Shown one piece after another: positions 29,266 through 38,569 of a stretch of DNA of 63,963 nt (its first letter is position 1; every line of letters begins with the position of its first letter). The notes under the pieces were generated by a model. The model had not been told where the DNA came from. It saw only the letters and a program-made list of their open reading frames with translations, and ran no database searches. This stretch comes from Nitrospira sp. (GTDB lineage Bacteria > Nitrospirota > Thermodesulfovibrionia > Thermodesulfovibrionales > SM23-35), in the NCBI GenBank assembly GCA_016873615.1, contig VGWX01000003.1, positions 1 to 63,963 on the forward strand, in the 5' to 3' direction. The translations under genes and the position numbers were made by a program.

Positions 29266-30215
29266 CTCTTTCTTCCCTTCATGCAGATCTGGCCAAGACT
29301 CCCTTCCTTATCCTCCTGAAAGAGCTCAATACCAGAAAAACCTTCGTCCCTGAACCACTTGAAGACCTCCGGCCATGTGTGTTTCCACTGATATTTAGGG
29401 GTGTACCAGTCAAAAGTATCCAGCCATCGCCATCGTCTTTTCGGCCAATTTGCTGTAGGCAGTAGAAATTGCGCTGCCTTTCCGAAAAAAGGGATCTTGT
29501 GAATATAATAAAGTGGCATCGCGACAGAGGATAAATAATACATACATTTTATCGGGAGTTTTGTGGTTATCTTTCTCCAGATATCACTGAAGTAATGATA
29601 ATGCCCGTGGGCGTATATAAATACTGCAAATTCCCCGCTTTTTTTCAGATAAGGTACCACTGCCTTAAATGCCTTCTCTGTATCAGGTGTATGGTGAAGC
29701 ACCCCTATTGAATATGCATGATCAAAATACTCCTTCTTAAAAGGCAAATGAAATATGTCGGCATGGATTATGTGAACATTTTTTCTCTTACCGATATTTT
29801 TAAATGCTACATCAACTGCGTAACTCAGGTCTACACCGATTACTTCTCCATCCCATCTCGATGCTACATCTGCGAACCTTCCGGCACCTACACCGGCGTC
29901 GAGGATTAACCTTCCTCTGATATCCTCTGGTTTCCACCCTGTTTTCCATCCGAAGGTATTTTCCGATGCATCCGTATTGTTCAAAATGTCCATCTGCACA
30001 TCGTGAAACTTATTCCATTCAAAACTGAAGGTGTCAACATACTTGTCCGTTTCCACAAACCGAGGAATAAAATTCCTTATGGGGAATATACTGCTGCACC
30101 CGCGGCAGGACAGTATACCCTCTTTTATATCTGAACCCTCGGAAAATTGTTCCTTTAACTCAAGGGCTGACCCGCAGCCGGGACATACAAGCATCTCTAT
30201 CAGGCTTGGTTTCAT
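29262..30215 (-). CDS. Class I SAM methyltransferase with an N-terminal Trm112-like zinc ribbon
   Basis: 'CPGCGS...CRGC' and motif I 'ILDAGVGAGRF'. Confidence 0.8.
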   Translation of the reverse strand: MKPSLIEMLVCPGCGSALELKEQFSEGSDIKEGILSCRGCSSIFPIRNFIPRFVETDKYVDTFSFEWNKFHDVQMDILNNTDASENTFGWKTGWKPEDIRGRLILDAGVGAGRFADVASRWDGEVIGVDLSYAVDVAFKNIGKRKNVHIIHADIFHLPFKKEYFDHAYSIGVLHHTPDTEKAFKAVVPYLKKSGEFAVFIYAHGHYHYFSDIWRKITTKLPIKCMYYLSSVAMPLYYIHKIPFFGKAAQFLLPTANWPKRRWRWLDTFDWYTPKYQWKHTWPEVFKWFRDEGFSGIELFQEDKEGSLGQICMKGRKS

Positions 30216-30259
30216 TTTTCTTCTATGTTTGCCTACAAAATGAATTCAAAGTAAGTGGC

Positions 30260-31462
30260 TTAGCCACAGAAATTCCTGATACATGATTCGCATTCACTTA
30301 AAGGCTTTGGCAATTGAGAACCATGTAGTAATGACTTTCTAATGGCTTGATATTCAGGTCCATACCAGGTATCTGCAAACTTATTTACCGAAGTCGCATA
30401 ACCTAGTTTCGTCCTTTGGCTCCTGCAGCAGGCATAGATTTCTCCATCCAACCCTATTTCAACATATTGAATGGGAGCAGCACACAGATAATCTGGATGA
30501 CTATTTAATTTCCCATTCGGCACCGGCCAACTACACCAAATGTTTTCATACCGATTCGACAAACAATTCATTTCTTTTTTCCTGGATTTATGAATCAATT
30601 CACCATCCATAATCAAATCCGGGGTATCGGAATTTTTTTCTATCCAACTGATTAATACTTTCCTCTGCGAAGTAAACTCATCATCATCGGGCCTCATTTC
30701 GATAGGATTTACTATATTGTCTATAGGGTCATACCGATGAAAGTGAACTTCATATATCCCAATTTCATGAGCCCATTTCATTATGTCTAACATTTCTGAT
30801 AAAGTGCGCTTTGTTACAGTAGGATAAAGGCCAACTTCTATTTTTTGGGGATTTGCTTTTTTCATCAATTCGCGCATCGCCCTATCAACTTTTTCCCAGT
30901 TTGCACCTACTCGGAGCTGATTGAAAACCTCGCCGGTGGCATCTATTGAAAAATTAAGTCTGCCGCACTGGGAACATAGCATGTCTATAATCTTAGGTGT
31001 TAATAAAGTAGCGTTGGACTGCAATCTTATCCTGCAGCCATAATCTTTTATCGTTGATAATACTTCCCCGATATGGGGATAAAGCAATGGTTCGCCATAG
31101 CTGTTTAGTTCTACTGTCGTTATCAACGGGAAAAGGGTTTTAGCTACCTTTCTGAATACATCTATGTCCATTGACCTGCGGGGGATTTTATGATAATCAA
31201 GGTAATGTTGACTACCACAAATCGTACATCTCAGATTACATCTGTTTGTGAGTCCAATGTTTATTAAAAAGGGAGGGGATATTTTCTCCTCTCCCTTTTT
31301 AATAAAATAGTCTGCTTCAGGATGCAATTTCCAAACTTTTATTAACCCTCTCTTTGAATACAGCGCATATGCCTTTCTGGCAAGACTGCTTTTACTTAAA
31401 ACGAATCTCGAGAAATTGTATAACAAAGGATTTCTTTTAATGATGTTTATAAGCATTTTCAT
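30260..31462 (-). CDS. Radical SAM / SPASM-domain protein
   Basis: 'CNLRCTICGS' cluster. C-terminal Cys-rich 'YACCRSQ...CESCIRNFC'. Confidence 0.8.
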   Translation of the reverse strand: MKMLINIIKRNPLLYNFSRFVLSKSSLARKAYALYSKRGLIKVWKLHPEADYFIKKGEEKISPPFLINIGLTNRCNLRCTICGSQHYLDYHKIPRRSMDIDVFRKVAKTLFPLITTVELNSYGEPLLYPHIGEVLSTIKDYGCRIRLQSNATLLTPKIIDMLCSQCGRLNFSIDATGEVFNQLRVGANWEKVDRAMRELMKKANPQKIEVGLYPTVTKRTLSEMLDIMKWAHEIGIYEVHFHRYDPIDNIVNPIEMRPDDDEFTSQRKVLISWIEKNSDTPDLIMDGELIHKSRKKEMNCLSNRYENIWCSWPVPNGKLNSHPDYLCAAPIQYVEIGLDGEIYACCRSQRTKLGYATSVNKFADTWYGPEYQAIRKSLLHGSQLPKPLSECESCIRNFCG

Positions 31463-31556
31463 GGTAATTATATCTCTATGAATTTTTCAACTGCCAAACA
31501 CTCCGAAGTTTTTAGTTTATCCTTCAATTTATAATGTCATAAAAATTGCTTTAAAA

Positions 31557-32549
31557 CTATTCAGCCGCTGGCTTGGTACAAAGTATGTGAACCATATCAG
31601 TTAATAAATCCTTTTTCGAATACTGCGGAAAATGTCTGATAATGTCGTCTGTAAGACGGCTGCGCCCCGTCTCCTCTTTCGATTCATCAAATAGACATTG
31701 CTCAATATGAAACATACTCCGGACAATTTCTATCAGTTCGTGAATCCGAATAAAGTTCAGATAGTCCATATCGGATCCGTCGTTCGGAATAAAACTGAGA
31801 AGATGATTCCAATCAGCCACAAATCTCATCTTTTCGTCCCCAGGGTCATATTCACTGACAAACTTTGGTGCCTGATGGTGACCAGCCCAGCTGTAGTAAT
31901 TGTGGTGGGCTATAAAAAGTTTTCCTCCCGGCACAAGCAAATCGGATATCTTCTTAAATGCTTCCTTCGGGCGCTTAAAATGTTCACTCACTGATAACAG
32001 AAAAATTCCGTCAAAGGAAGATTCCGGCAATATTGTGGTAAGGATATCTTCGTTGTACAAGTAAATGTTTTCAAATGAACCAATGAATTCGCGCAACGAC
32101 ATCTCTGCTCTTTTATAAGCATCCTGCCAATTTTGAGCTGAAAACTGGTTATAATTATATATCCTGTGGTCTTCAAAATCCCTAAATGGGTCAATGCCGG
32201 TATAGGAGATTGCCCCGCGCCCCAAAAAGAACGGGGCGTACCAACAGTGTCCGCACCCCACTTCCAGTATTCGCTTACCCCTTAAACCGATATGGTCATC
32301 GACGTCATCTGCTGTGAATTGTCCGCATTCCAATACTAACCGAAGAGTCTCTTTAACAAGCGCCGCCTGTTCCGCAGTTACATCCTTCTTAATGAATCTC
32401 AACGCTTCTGAAATATATGACTCCATTTGATGCAATCTATAGTTTTTTAAATATGATTCGCTTATTCTTCTTGCAAGACCGCTTTTGCTCACGACGAATC
32501 GCGAGAGATTGTACAACAGAGGATTCCTTTTGATTATACTTATAAGCAT
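31557..32549 (-). CDS. Class I SAM-dependent methyltransferase
   Basis: Motif I 'ILEVGCGHCWY'. The N-terminal 35 aa are homologous to the N-terminus of the rSAM gene at 30260..31462. Confidence 0.75.
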   Translation of the reverse strand: MLISIIKRNPLLYNLSRFVVSKSGLARRISESYLKNYRLHQMESYISEALRFIKKDVTAEQAALVKETLRLVLECGQFTADDVDDHIGLRGKRILEVGCGHCWYAPFFLGRGAISYTGIDPFRDFEDHRIYNYNQFSAQNWQDAYKRAEMSLREFIGSFENIYLYNEDILTTILPESSFDGIFLLSVSEHFKRPKEAFKKISDLLVPGGKLFIAHHNYYSWAGHHQAPKFVSEYDPGDEKMRFVADWNHLLSFIPNDGSDMDYLNFIRIHELIEIVRSMFHIEQCLFDESKEETGRSRLTDDIIRHFPQYSKKDLLTDMVHILCTKPAAE

Positions 32550-32753
32550 CCCTTCATTCTTTCTCCTGCATTATTCTAACGTTGTACATCTGAAACTTAG
32601 AAATAATTACTGGTGGAGTATGATATATCCCCTATTTTCCCAGGTAGTAATACCACCCGCAATCCTTAAATCCTCCACATTTTTGTATCTCAAAAATGCG
32701 GCACCTCTAAGCCGGGAGAGAAAATCAGTCAGATATGCCTCTTCGATGAATGA

Positions 32754-32885
32754 TTAAGGGATAAATTTAACGACATTAAATCCCGCATCTTCAAGCATCA
32801 TCTGATAGGCGGTTTGGCGAATGCGGTTACCATCGGCGTAATAAAATCTATTAAATAACCCTGCAGCAAACCCGCTCCTCTTCAT
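32754..32885 (-). pseudogene. 43-codon remnant resembling a methyltransferase C-terminus
   Basis: ATGA overlap with the GT4 stop. 'RIRQTAYQMMLEDAGFNVVKFIP' ends prematurely, and further reading-frame fragments continue to about 32600 in another frame. Confidence 0.3.
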
Positions 32886-34051
32886 TTTTTACCTCTCGTT
32901 AATAAATTATTAAATAGTCCTATATACTTCTCTGCAACAGTTCCTATAGTAAAATCTATGTCAATCTTTTCCTTTGCATTTTTGCCAAGCCTATTGCTAA
33001 ATGCATCATCACTAAGTATTTTAAGAATGTTTTCCTTCAGACCTGTTATGTCGTTTATATCCAGCAGTATTCCATTGATACCGTTATCTATAATCTCAGG
33101 ATTTGAACTAACATTTGTAGTAATGACAGGAAGCCCAGTTGCCATGGCCTCCAGAATAACATTAGACATTCCTTCAGACAGGGAAGGATGCACCAGAAGA
33201 TCCGATGCCCTAAGATATTCATTTACATTGTTAACAGTTCCCAGCAGGGATATATTTACATCAGCCATGTTCTTGATTTTCCCATTGTCAGGTCCGTCCC
33301 CTATTATGACGAGATGCGTGTCCGCATAAATCTTCTGAACTTCCTTGAATACCTCTATTAACAAGTGCGCTCTTTTTTGCGAATCAAGTCTTCCCACAAA
33401 GGCAATAATTCTTTTATCAGGAAGAGACAGGTTCATCTTCAATTCTTTCTTCTCGTCAATGCCGCATGCCGGATAGAACAGCGAGGTATCAACCCCGTTT
33501 GGAATCCCTATAATTTTACCGCTGTTAAATCCCGCCTCCCTGAGTTCAGACTCTATCTCTTTGCTAAGGCTGACATAAGCATCAGCCCATTTTGCAAATC
33601 TTTTTGTAAGTGAGACAAGAGGAAGTTTCCTGAACATAGCAATATCTCCGCAACAGCCGCCGCCAGCGAGTTTTATGGCAAAAGGTTTATTCAGGAGTTT
33701 TCCCGCCAGCGCTGCAATACCGCCGCCGCTAAACAGCTGGACCCCATATATTATCTGATATCTCTTCCGAAGCAGAAAGAGCAGAAGCAGAAAAAGTGAA
33801 TATAAAATCGGACGAACTAATATCCCCCATTCCTTCACAGGAATTCTGTATATATCAATGCCATCCTCATTTTTTTTATACCATGGGAACGAATGGGAAC
33901 CTTCAATCTTCCGCACAAAAATATTAGAGACGATTGTCACATTTATACCTTTCTCCGCGAGCTTTTTCCCGAGGCTCCGCGCCTGCCTTTCCATCCCCCC
34001 TGGTGAGTCGACATTACATACGAGAATACAAATAGCCAAATTGTGCATCAC
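32882..34051 (-). CDS. Family 4 (GT-B) glycosyltransferase
   Basis: 'EGMSNVILEAMATGLPVITT'. GTG start. Confidence 0.88.
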   Translation of the reverse strand: MMHNLAICILVCNVDSPGGMERQARSLGKKLAEKGINVTIVSNIFVRKIEGSHSFPWYKKNEDGIDIYRIPVKEWGILVRPILYSLFLLLLFLLRKRYQIIYGVQLFSGGGIAALAGKLLNKPFAIKLAGGGCCGDIAMFRKLPLVSLTKRFAKWADAYVSLSKEIESELREAGFNSGKIIGIPNGVDTSLFYPACGIDEKKELKMNLSLPDKRIIAFVGRLDSQKRAHLLIEVFKEVQKIYADTHLVIIGDGPDNGKIKNMADVNISLLGTVNNVNEYLRASDLLVHPSLSEGMSNVILEAMATGLPVITTNVSSNPEIIDNGINGILLDINDITGLKENILKILSDDAFSNRLGKNAKEKIDIDFTIGTVAEKYIGLFNNLLTRGKK

Positions 34052-34137
34052 TTATTTTTTCCTGCCTCTCATACACATTGGGAAATCAAAAACCTTGATT
34101 TTTGTGAATCCGCAATCTTTATTAATATTTTTAAATA

Positions 34138-34301
34138 CCCCACAGTCTCTGCTGTGGGGTATCCAAATAATTCCCTCCCCCTTGAGGGGGGAGGGTTAGG
34201 GAGAGGGTGTTTGATGAAGATGTTTTCGGGCACCCTCCCCTTAATCCCCTCCCCTCAAGGGAGGGGAGACTTTGGGATACCCCGCCGTCTCTGCGGCGGG
34301 G
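34138..34301. repeat. Composite palindromic (MITE/REP-like) element: two inverted units of about 70 bp, each with two internal hairpins
   Basis: Left unit 'ccccacagtctctgctgtggggtatccaaa...ccctcccccttgaggggggaggg'. The right unit is its imperfect reverse complement, ending 'tttgggataccccgccgtctctgcggcgggg'. Confidence 0.8.
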
Positions 34302-34305
34302 AGGT

Positions 34306-35250
34306 TCATTGAGATATTTTATGCCAAACTAATTCAATGCGATTGGCAATACTCCAATACATAACGAACTTAAATAAAACTAAACTTCTTGGATAGGCAA
34401 ACAAAAATTTCACAATATGACCGGCAATCTTAATATAGCTCTCACCTTGATCCCTGCACCCCCACGAACTAATAATGAGCTTTTTAATGGCTTCTCTAAT
34501 AACAGGTTCATAGTTTCTGTGCATATGATCGTCATGGTACATTGGCTTCAAAAACTGCAAGTCACTCATAACACGATATAAAAAAGGCGCTGATGACCAA
34601 CTTCCTCCAGCGTGGGCACGATATGCGCCAAAGTTTTCATTAATACAGAATAATACGCCGTGCAACGTGATAAGAAGATCGATGGCACTATGTCTGCTAT
34701 TTCGTGCAAACCAGTCCGGTGGATTAATGAGTATCTCTCTTCTGAAGAACAAGGTATTGCTTGGTGAAATGCCAAAGGGGACAATATCTTCAGTCCTGAT
34801 TTCAGCTTTTGCTCTCATTTTGTGGAAAGAGAAATAATCATCAGATACGACTTGCCCTTTATCATCAACAACGATTGAATTTGAAAAACAACCTGCAATT
34901 TCAGGTCTGCTTTCGAGTAAATCGACCTGCTTTTGCAGTTTATATGGCGATATCCAGTAGTCATCGCCTTCAAAGTATGCGATATATTTCGCTGATGGCG
35001 CAGCCATTAAATCCATCCAATTTTGTGCGGCCCCAACGTTTTTTTCCTGCAAAATAAGTTTAATTAACTCTGGATATTTATCTTTATACTCTAATACTAT
35101 TTCTCTTGTGCCATCTGTTGAAAAATCGTCAGCAATTATAAGTTCCCAAGTAAAATTTACCTTCTGCATCAAAACACCATCTATGGCTTCTCTGATGTAT
35201 TTGGCATGATTATAGGTAATCAAACAGACTGAAAGTAGCGGCTCACTCAT
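34306..35250 (-). CDS. Family 2 glycosyltransferase
   Basis: 'LSVCLITYNHAKYIREAIDGVLMQ', 'ADDFSTDGT', 'EGDDYW'. Confidence 0.88.
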   Translation of the reverse strand: MSEPLLSVCLITYNHAKYIREAIDGVLMQKVNFTWELIIADDFSTDGTREIVLEYKDKYPELIKLILQEKNVGAAQNWMDLMAAPSAKYIAYFEGDDYWISPYKLQKQVDLLESRPEIAGCFSNSIVVDDKGQVVSDDYFSFHKMRAKAEIRTEDIVPFGISPSNTLFFRREILINPPDWFARNSRHSAIDLLITLHGVLFCINENFGAYRAHAGGSWSSAPFLYRVMSDLQFLKPMYHDDHMHRNYEPVIREAIKKLIISSWGCRDQGESYIKIAGHIVKFLFAYPRSLVLFKFVMYWSIANRIELVWHKISQ

Positions 35251-35662
35251 TCTTTTTTTCCCTTTTCACACATTATGAATATACTCGAACATAAATAGGG
35301 ACATTTATCGCGCCTGAGATTGCCAGATTTGAATCCTCTGTTTCTTATAGGGGTAAGTGGCCACTCCGCAATACCGGTAACCCAATGGAAACGTTGCCAA
35401 TTGCTGCGGCAGCGGAGGAATAACCCCACCGTCTGTCATTTGAAGAGCCAACACAGCTGAATGTAATCTCTCTGATCGCACCCGCTCAAGGACAAACTGC
35501 GCTTTGCCCTGTTGTTAAGCCATTGGAGTTAACACTGGGCCAGCTTGTAGTTTTAACGCCACTCCAGTAATGTTATACAAACCAATGAAAGGCGCTCCCG
35601 GCGCTATGTCACACTCATTGACCGCCGCTCTCATTTCCGTAAGAAATCTGTAAGTTCCGGCA
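35247..35662 (-). pseudogene. Decayed paralog (3' part) of the methyltransferase at 39483..40232
   Basis: The terminal peptide 'GLFLRCRSNWQRF...PYLCSSIFIMCEKGKKE' parallels 'GIFFKALANFQWE...PDLCSSIFLLCERGGKK'. Both end in an ATGA overlap with a GT2 start. The upstream part has no open frame. Confidence 0.6.
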
Positions 35663-37528
35663 TCAATCTTTGATGACATTTACAGGTTTCCACAAACTAT
35701 ACTTCACACGGCGACTAACTACTGTCCCAACTTCTTCATACCCATTTGGAAAATTAAGCCCTCTGCTGGTAAGCAAAGATTCCACATATACTGGTTCGAC
35801 ATTTAAAAGAACAAAAGCATTTTTCAGTCTTTTAATATCGGCATATTGCAGTGCTAACCTGCTGTAGTCCACTGCCCCTTGACGACCTACCAGGAATGTT
35901 GGATGCCCCGGAGATCTTCCACCCATGGCATACACCAAGCCGGGAATAAAACTTATTGCAATAATATCACCGCCTGGCTGAAAGCCATTGGCTTTGGCGA
36001 TTGAAGAAAGCTCTTGCACGAGTTGATGCGTTTGCATGTCCAGCTTCAGGGTTCTTGTCGGGAACCCCACTGCGGTTGCCTCCACCTGCTGGAATAAATC
36101 TGTCTTGATAAATAGTTGTGGGTCATAAATGTACCCCTGAATAATTTGACTTGCGGTAAACGCCCCGATGGACAAAATACCAAACAACCGAATCCAAGGA
36201 TTATCGCGTTCACTAACCGTGAAAAAAATAAGCACCAGTAGAATCGCGCCAAACCAGGTAGCGGCAAAACATAACGGAACATTGTAGAGGGGATTTGACG
36301 TGCCAACGGATCCGGCAATGGGCAAAGCAACTAATAATCCAAGGACAAGCATCATGTTTATGTATATGTTTTTTGGGGGGAGGTATATGCCGCTATGCCT
36401 TGATTTATACAATAAGTTGAAAATCCAGATCATCAGAAGCAGCAAAATCCAAGCAAAATGAAAAGCCATGTAAAAAGGAATCGATCCATCAGCGGGGTTT
36501 CGTTCGTCAATTAATACTCCTGCTTTCACCGATAAAAGCACCGCGCTCAGCATCACAATAAATACTATAAGCGAATTGGCTGTATCGCTTAATTTTCGAC
36601 TGTTTCCTCTCAGAATATAAAATGGATAGACGGTACAAATTATTAAATAACACGGCCAATATATTTTAATGGCTGAATAAACAAAAAAAGATAGATCCTT
36701 AACATAAGCGATATATTTGGTTTGTGGAGTGTGCGCCCCGAAAGTCTGATATAGTCCCCATCCTTCTTTAAACATTTTCCACCAAGTTTGAGGAGACTGT
36801 ATAAAAAGAAAGTGCCCCGAAACCCAGGCAGAGATGCCAGCTAAAACAGCAGCCATTAATATGATTTTTTGACGACGATCAATGCCACTCCATAAAACAA
36901 TAACTAATAAAAAAAGAGCAAGGAAGGAGACGCCCGCCGGGAATTTAGTAAAGTAGGATAAACCTATACCCAGCCCTCCGAAAGCAAAAGCGAAAATGAT
37001 TGATTTTATATTTTTCTGCCAGTTTCCGATTTGTGCAAATCCCCACAATATGGCCCCGGCAGAAATGCTTATGGCTACTCCAATCAGTGTGTTGTAGTTG
37101 GGAGTCATATAAAACCACTGATAAAGCAATAATGCGCCCAACTCTATAAAAAATAGCGAATACAATTGAAAATACTTTACAGTTTTCGCTTTGTGATAAA
37201 ACTCAAAAAGGAACTTATTAAATCCTAGCCAAAATACAAATGTAGAGAGACAAACCAGAATCACTACCAAAAGCCTGAATCCCACGGGATCGAAATTTGC
37301 CATTCGGAATAAATAGCCGGTATAAATATATATAGAAGAAACATTCTGTTGGATTTCATCAGGATAACGGGCCGCCAAGAGATATACCCCCTCGTCACTC
37401 AGGCCTAAACATCTGTCTGCCCCCCAAAAAATAGTCGCAATTGAACAGAAAAGCATCAAGCCCAAAATAGCAAGCAAAATAAAGTCGGCATGATATTTAT
37501 AAGGATTGTTCGGTTGTTGATTATTCAT
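35663..37528 (-). CDS. Polytopic membrane protein (about 14 TM plus a C-terminal soluble domain), GT-C/ArnT/GtrC-like candidate
   Basis: 621 aa, hydrophobic throughout the first 430 aa or so. Lies near a GtrB-like polyprenyl-phosphate glycosyltransferase. No catalytic motif was assigned. Confidence 0.4.
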   Translation of the reverse strand: MNNQQPNNPYKYHADFILLAILGLMLFCSIATIFWGADRCLGLSDEGVYLLAARYPDEIQQNVSSIYIYTGYLFRMANFDPVGFRLLVVILVCLSTFVFWLGFNKFLFEFYHKAKTVKYFQLYSLFFIELGALLLYQWFYMTPNYNTLIGVAISISAGAILWGFAQIGNWQKNIKSIIFAFAFGGLGIGLSYFTKFPAGVSFLALFLLVIVLWSGIDRRQKIILMAAVLAGISAWVSGHFLFIQSPQTWWKMFKEGWGLYQTFGAHTPQTKYIAYVKDLSFFVYSAIKIYWPCYLIICTVYPFYILRGNSRKLSDTANSLIVFIVMLSAVLLSVKAGVLIDERNPADGSIPFYMAFHFAWILLLLMIWIFNLLYKSRHSGIYLPPKNIYINMMLVLGLLVALPIAGSVGTSNPLYNVPLCFAATWFGAILLVLIFFTVSERDNPWIRLFGILSIGAFTASQIIQGYIYDPQLFIKTDLFQQVEATAVGFPTRTLKLDMQTHQLVQELSSIAKANGFQPGGDIIAISFIPGLVYAMGGRSPGHPTFLVGRQGAVDYSRLALQYADIKRLKNAFVLLNVEPVYVESLLTSRGLNFPNGYEEVGTVVSRRVKYSLWKPVNVIKD

Positions 37529-37738
37529 GATAATAAGTTTGCCTCCCTAAAATGCCATCACATTTTTCGACGCTTGTTGGATACCCTATGAAAGCTTTAA
37601 ACAGATTGGTGAGCCTTTGGGCGCAAAGACCAAAATTTTTCTGTAGAAAAATTGAAGACAACGATGAAAAAAAATCAGCATCAGCACATAGTAAGGATCA
37701 AATGGGAATTTATTGGCTGAGCCAATTAGAAATCCCTA

Positions 37739-38569
37739 TCAACGCTTTTTAGCTACAACTACCAACGTTCCCCCAAAAGGGAGCGATATGCCCAATCTAA
37801 TAAGTGTTTCATCAATTCTCATGAAAAGATCGAAGATCCAATTCTGCACAGTGGAAAATTTAACTCTCTTCTCAAACGCTGCTTTGTCGGATTGTGATTG
37901 ATCGCTCCCCTTATCAAACATCCTGGAAATCAACATCAAGGGAAATAGGACAAACAAGAAAGAGGTGCAATAATTGATTTCGAACCCGTTTTCTTGAAGT
38001 TTAGCCAACAACTCCCATCTCGAGTATCTGCGTTTGTGTTTAACAATTTCGTCCAACTTGCTCCATAGGAACATATGTTGGGGAACTGTAATTATCAAAC
38101 AGCCCCCCTTGTTGAGCATCTTATTTACATTTGATATCGCGCCAACATCGTTCTCAATGTGTTCAATGACGTCAAAAGCGACAATTAGGTCAAACTCCTC
38201 CCCGACAACTCCCTGTGTTATATCAAATTGGATGAAATCGACGTTGGGGAGTTTTTTTTTGGCGTGCAGCAGCCCTTTTAGATAAATTTCCGACCCTGTG
38301 ATTTCCAGTTTTTCGTTCTCAATAATTTGCTGGATGAAATCCCCTGTTCCACATCCTATTTCCAATAATTTGGTTTTGCCCGTTGACACCAGATAGTCAT
38401 AGACAATGCTTTTGAATAGTCTATTTCGCGAACGAACCCAAAAACTGCTCTCCCTGCACTTTTCGGTCAGATCAAATCCTTCATCAGGATAATCCGCATA
38501 GGAACTTGCCACTTCCGGGCTATAGCACCTGATTCCTTCGACTACCGTGTAGGGTAGGTTATCGCTCAC
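37739..38569 (-). CDS. Class I SAM-dependent methyltransferase
   Basis: Motif I 'LLEIGCGTGDF' and 'AFDVIEHIEND'. Confidence 0.82.
   Translation of the reverse strand: MSDNLPYTVVEGIRCYSPEVASSYADYPDEGFDLTEKCRESSFWVRSRNRLFKSIVYDYLVSTGKTKLLEIGCGTGDFIQQIIENEKLEITGSEIYLKGLLHAKKKLPNVDFIQFDITQGVVGEEFDLIVAFDVIEHIENDVGAISNVNKMLNKGGCLIITVPQHMFLWSKLDEIVKHKRRYSRWELLAKLQENGFEINYCTSFLFVLFPLMLISRMFDKGSDQSQSDKAAFEKRVKFSTVQNWIFDLFMRIDETLIRLGISLPFGGTLVVVAKKR

Noticed and set aside
35247-35429. 60-aa ORF as a genuine small gene.
   Set aside because: Its sequence is the C-terminal tail of a methyltransferase paralog with no upstream catalytic domain, so it is better explained as a pseudogene remnant (reported as such).
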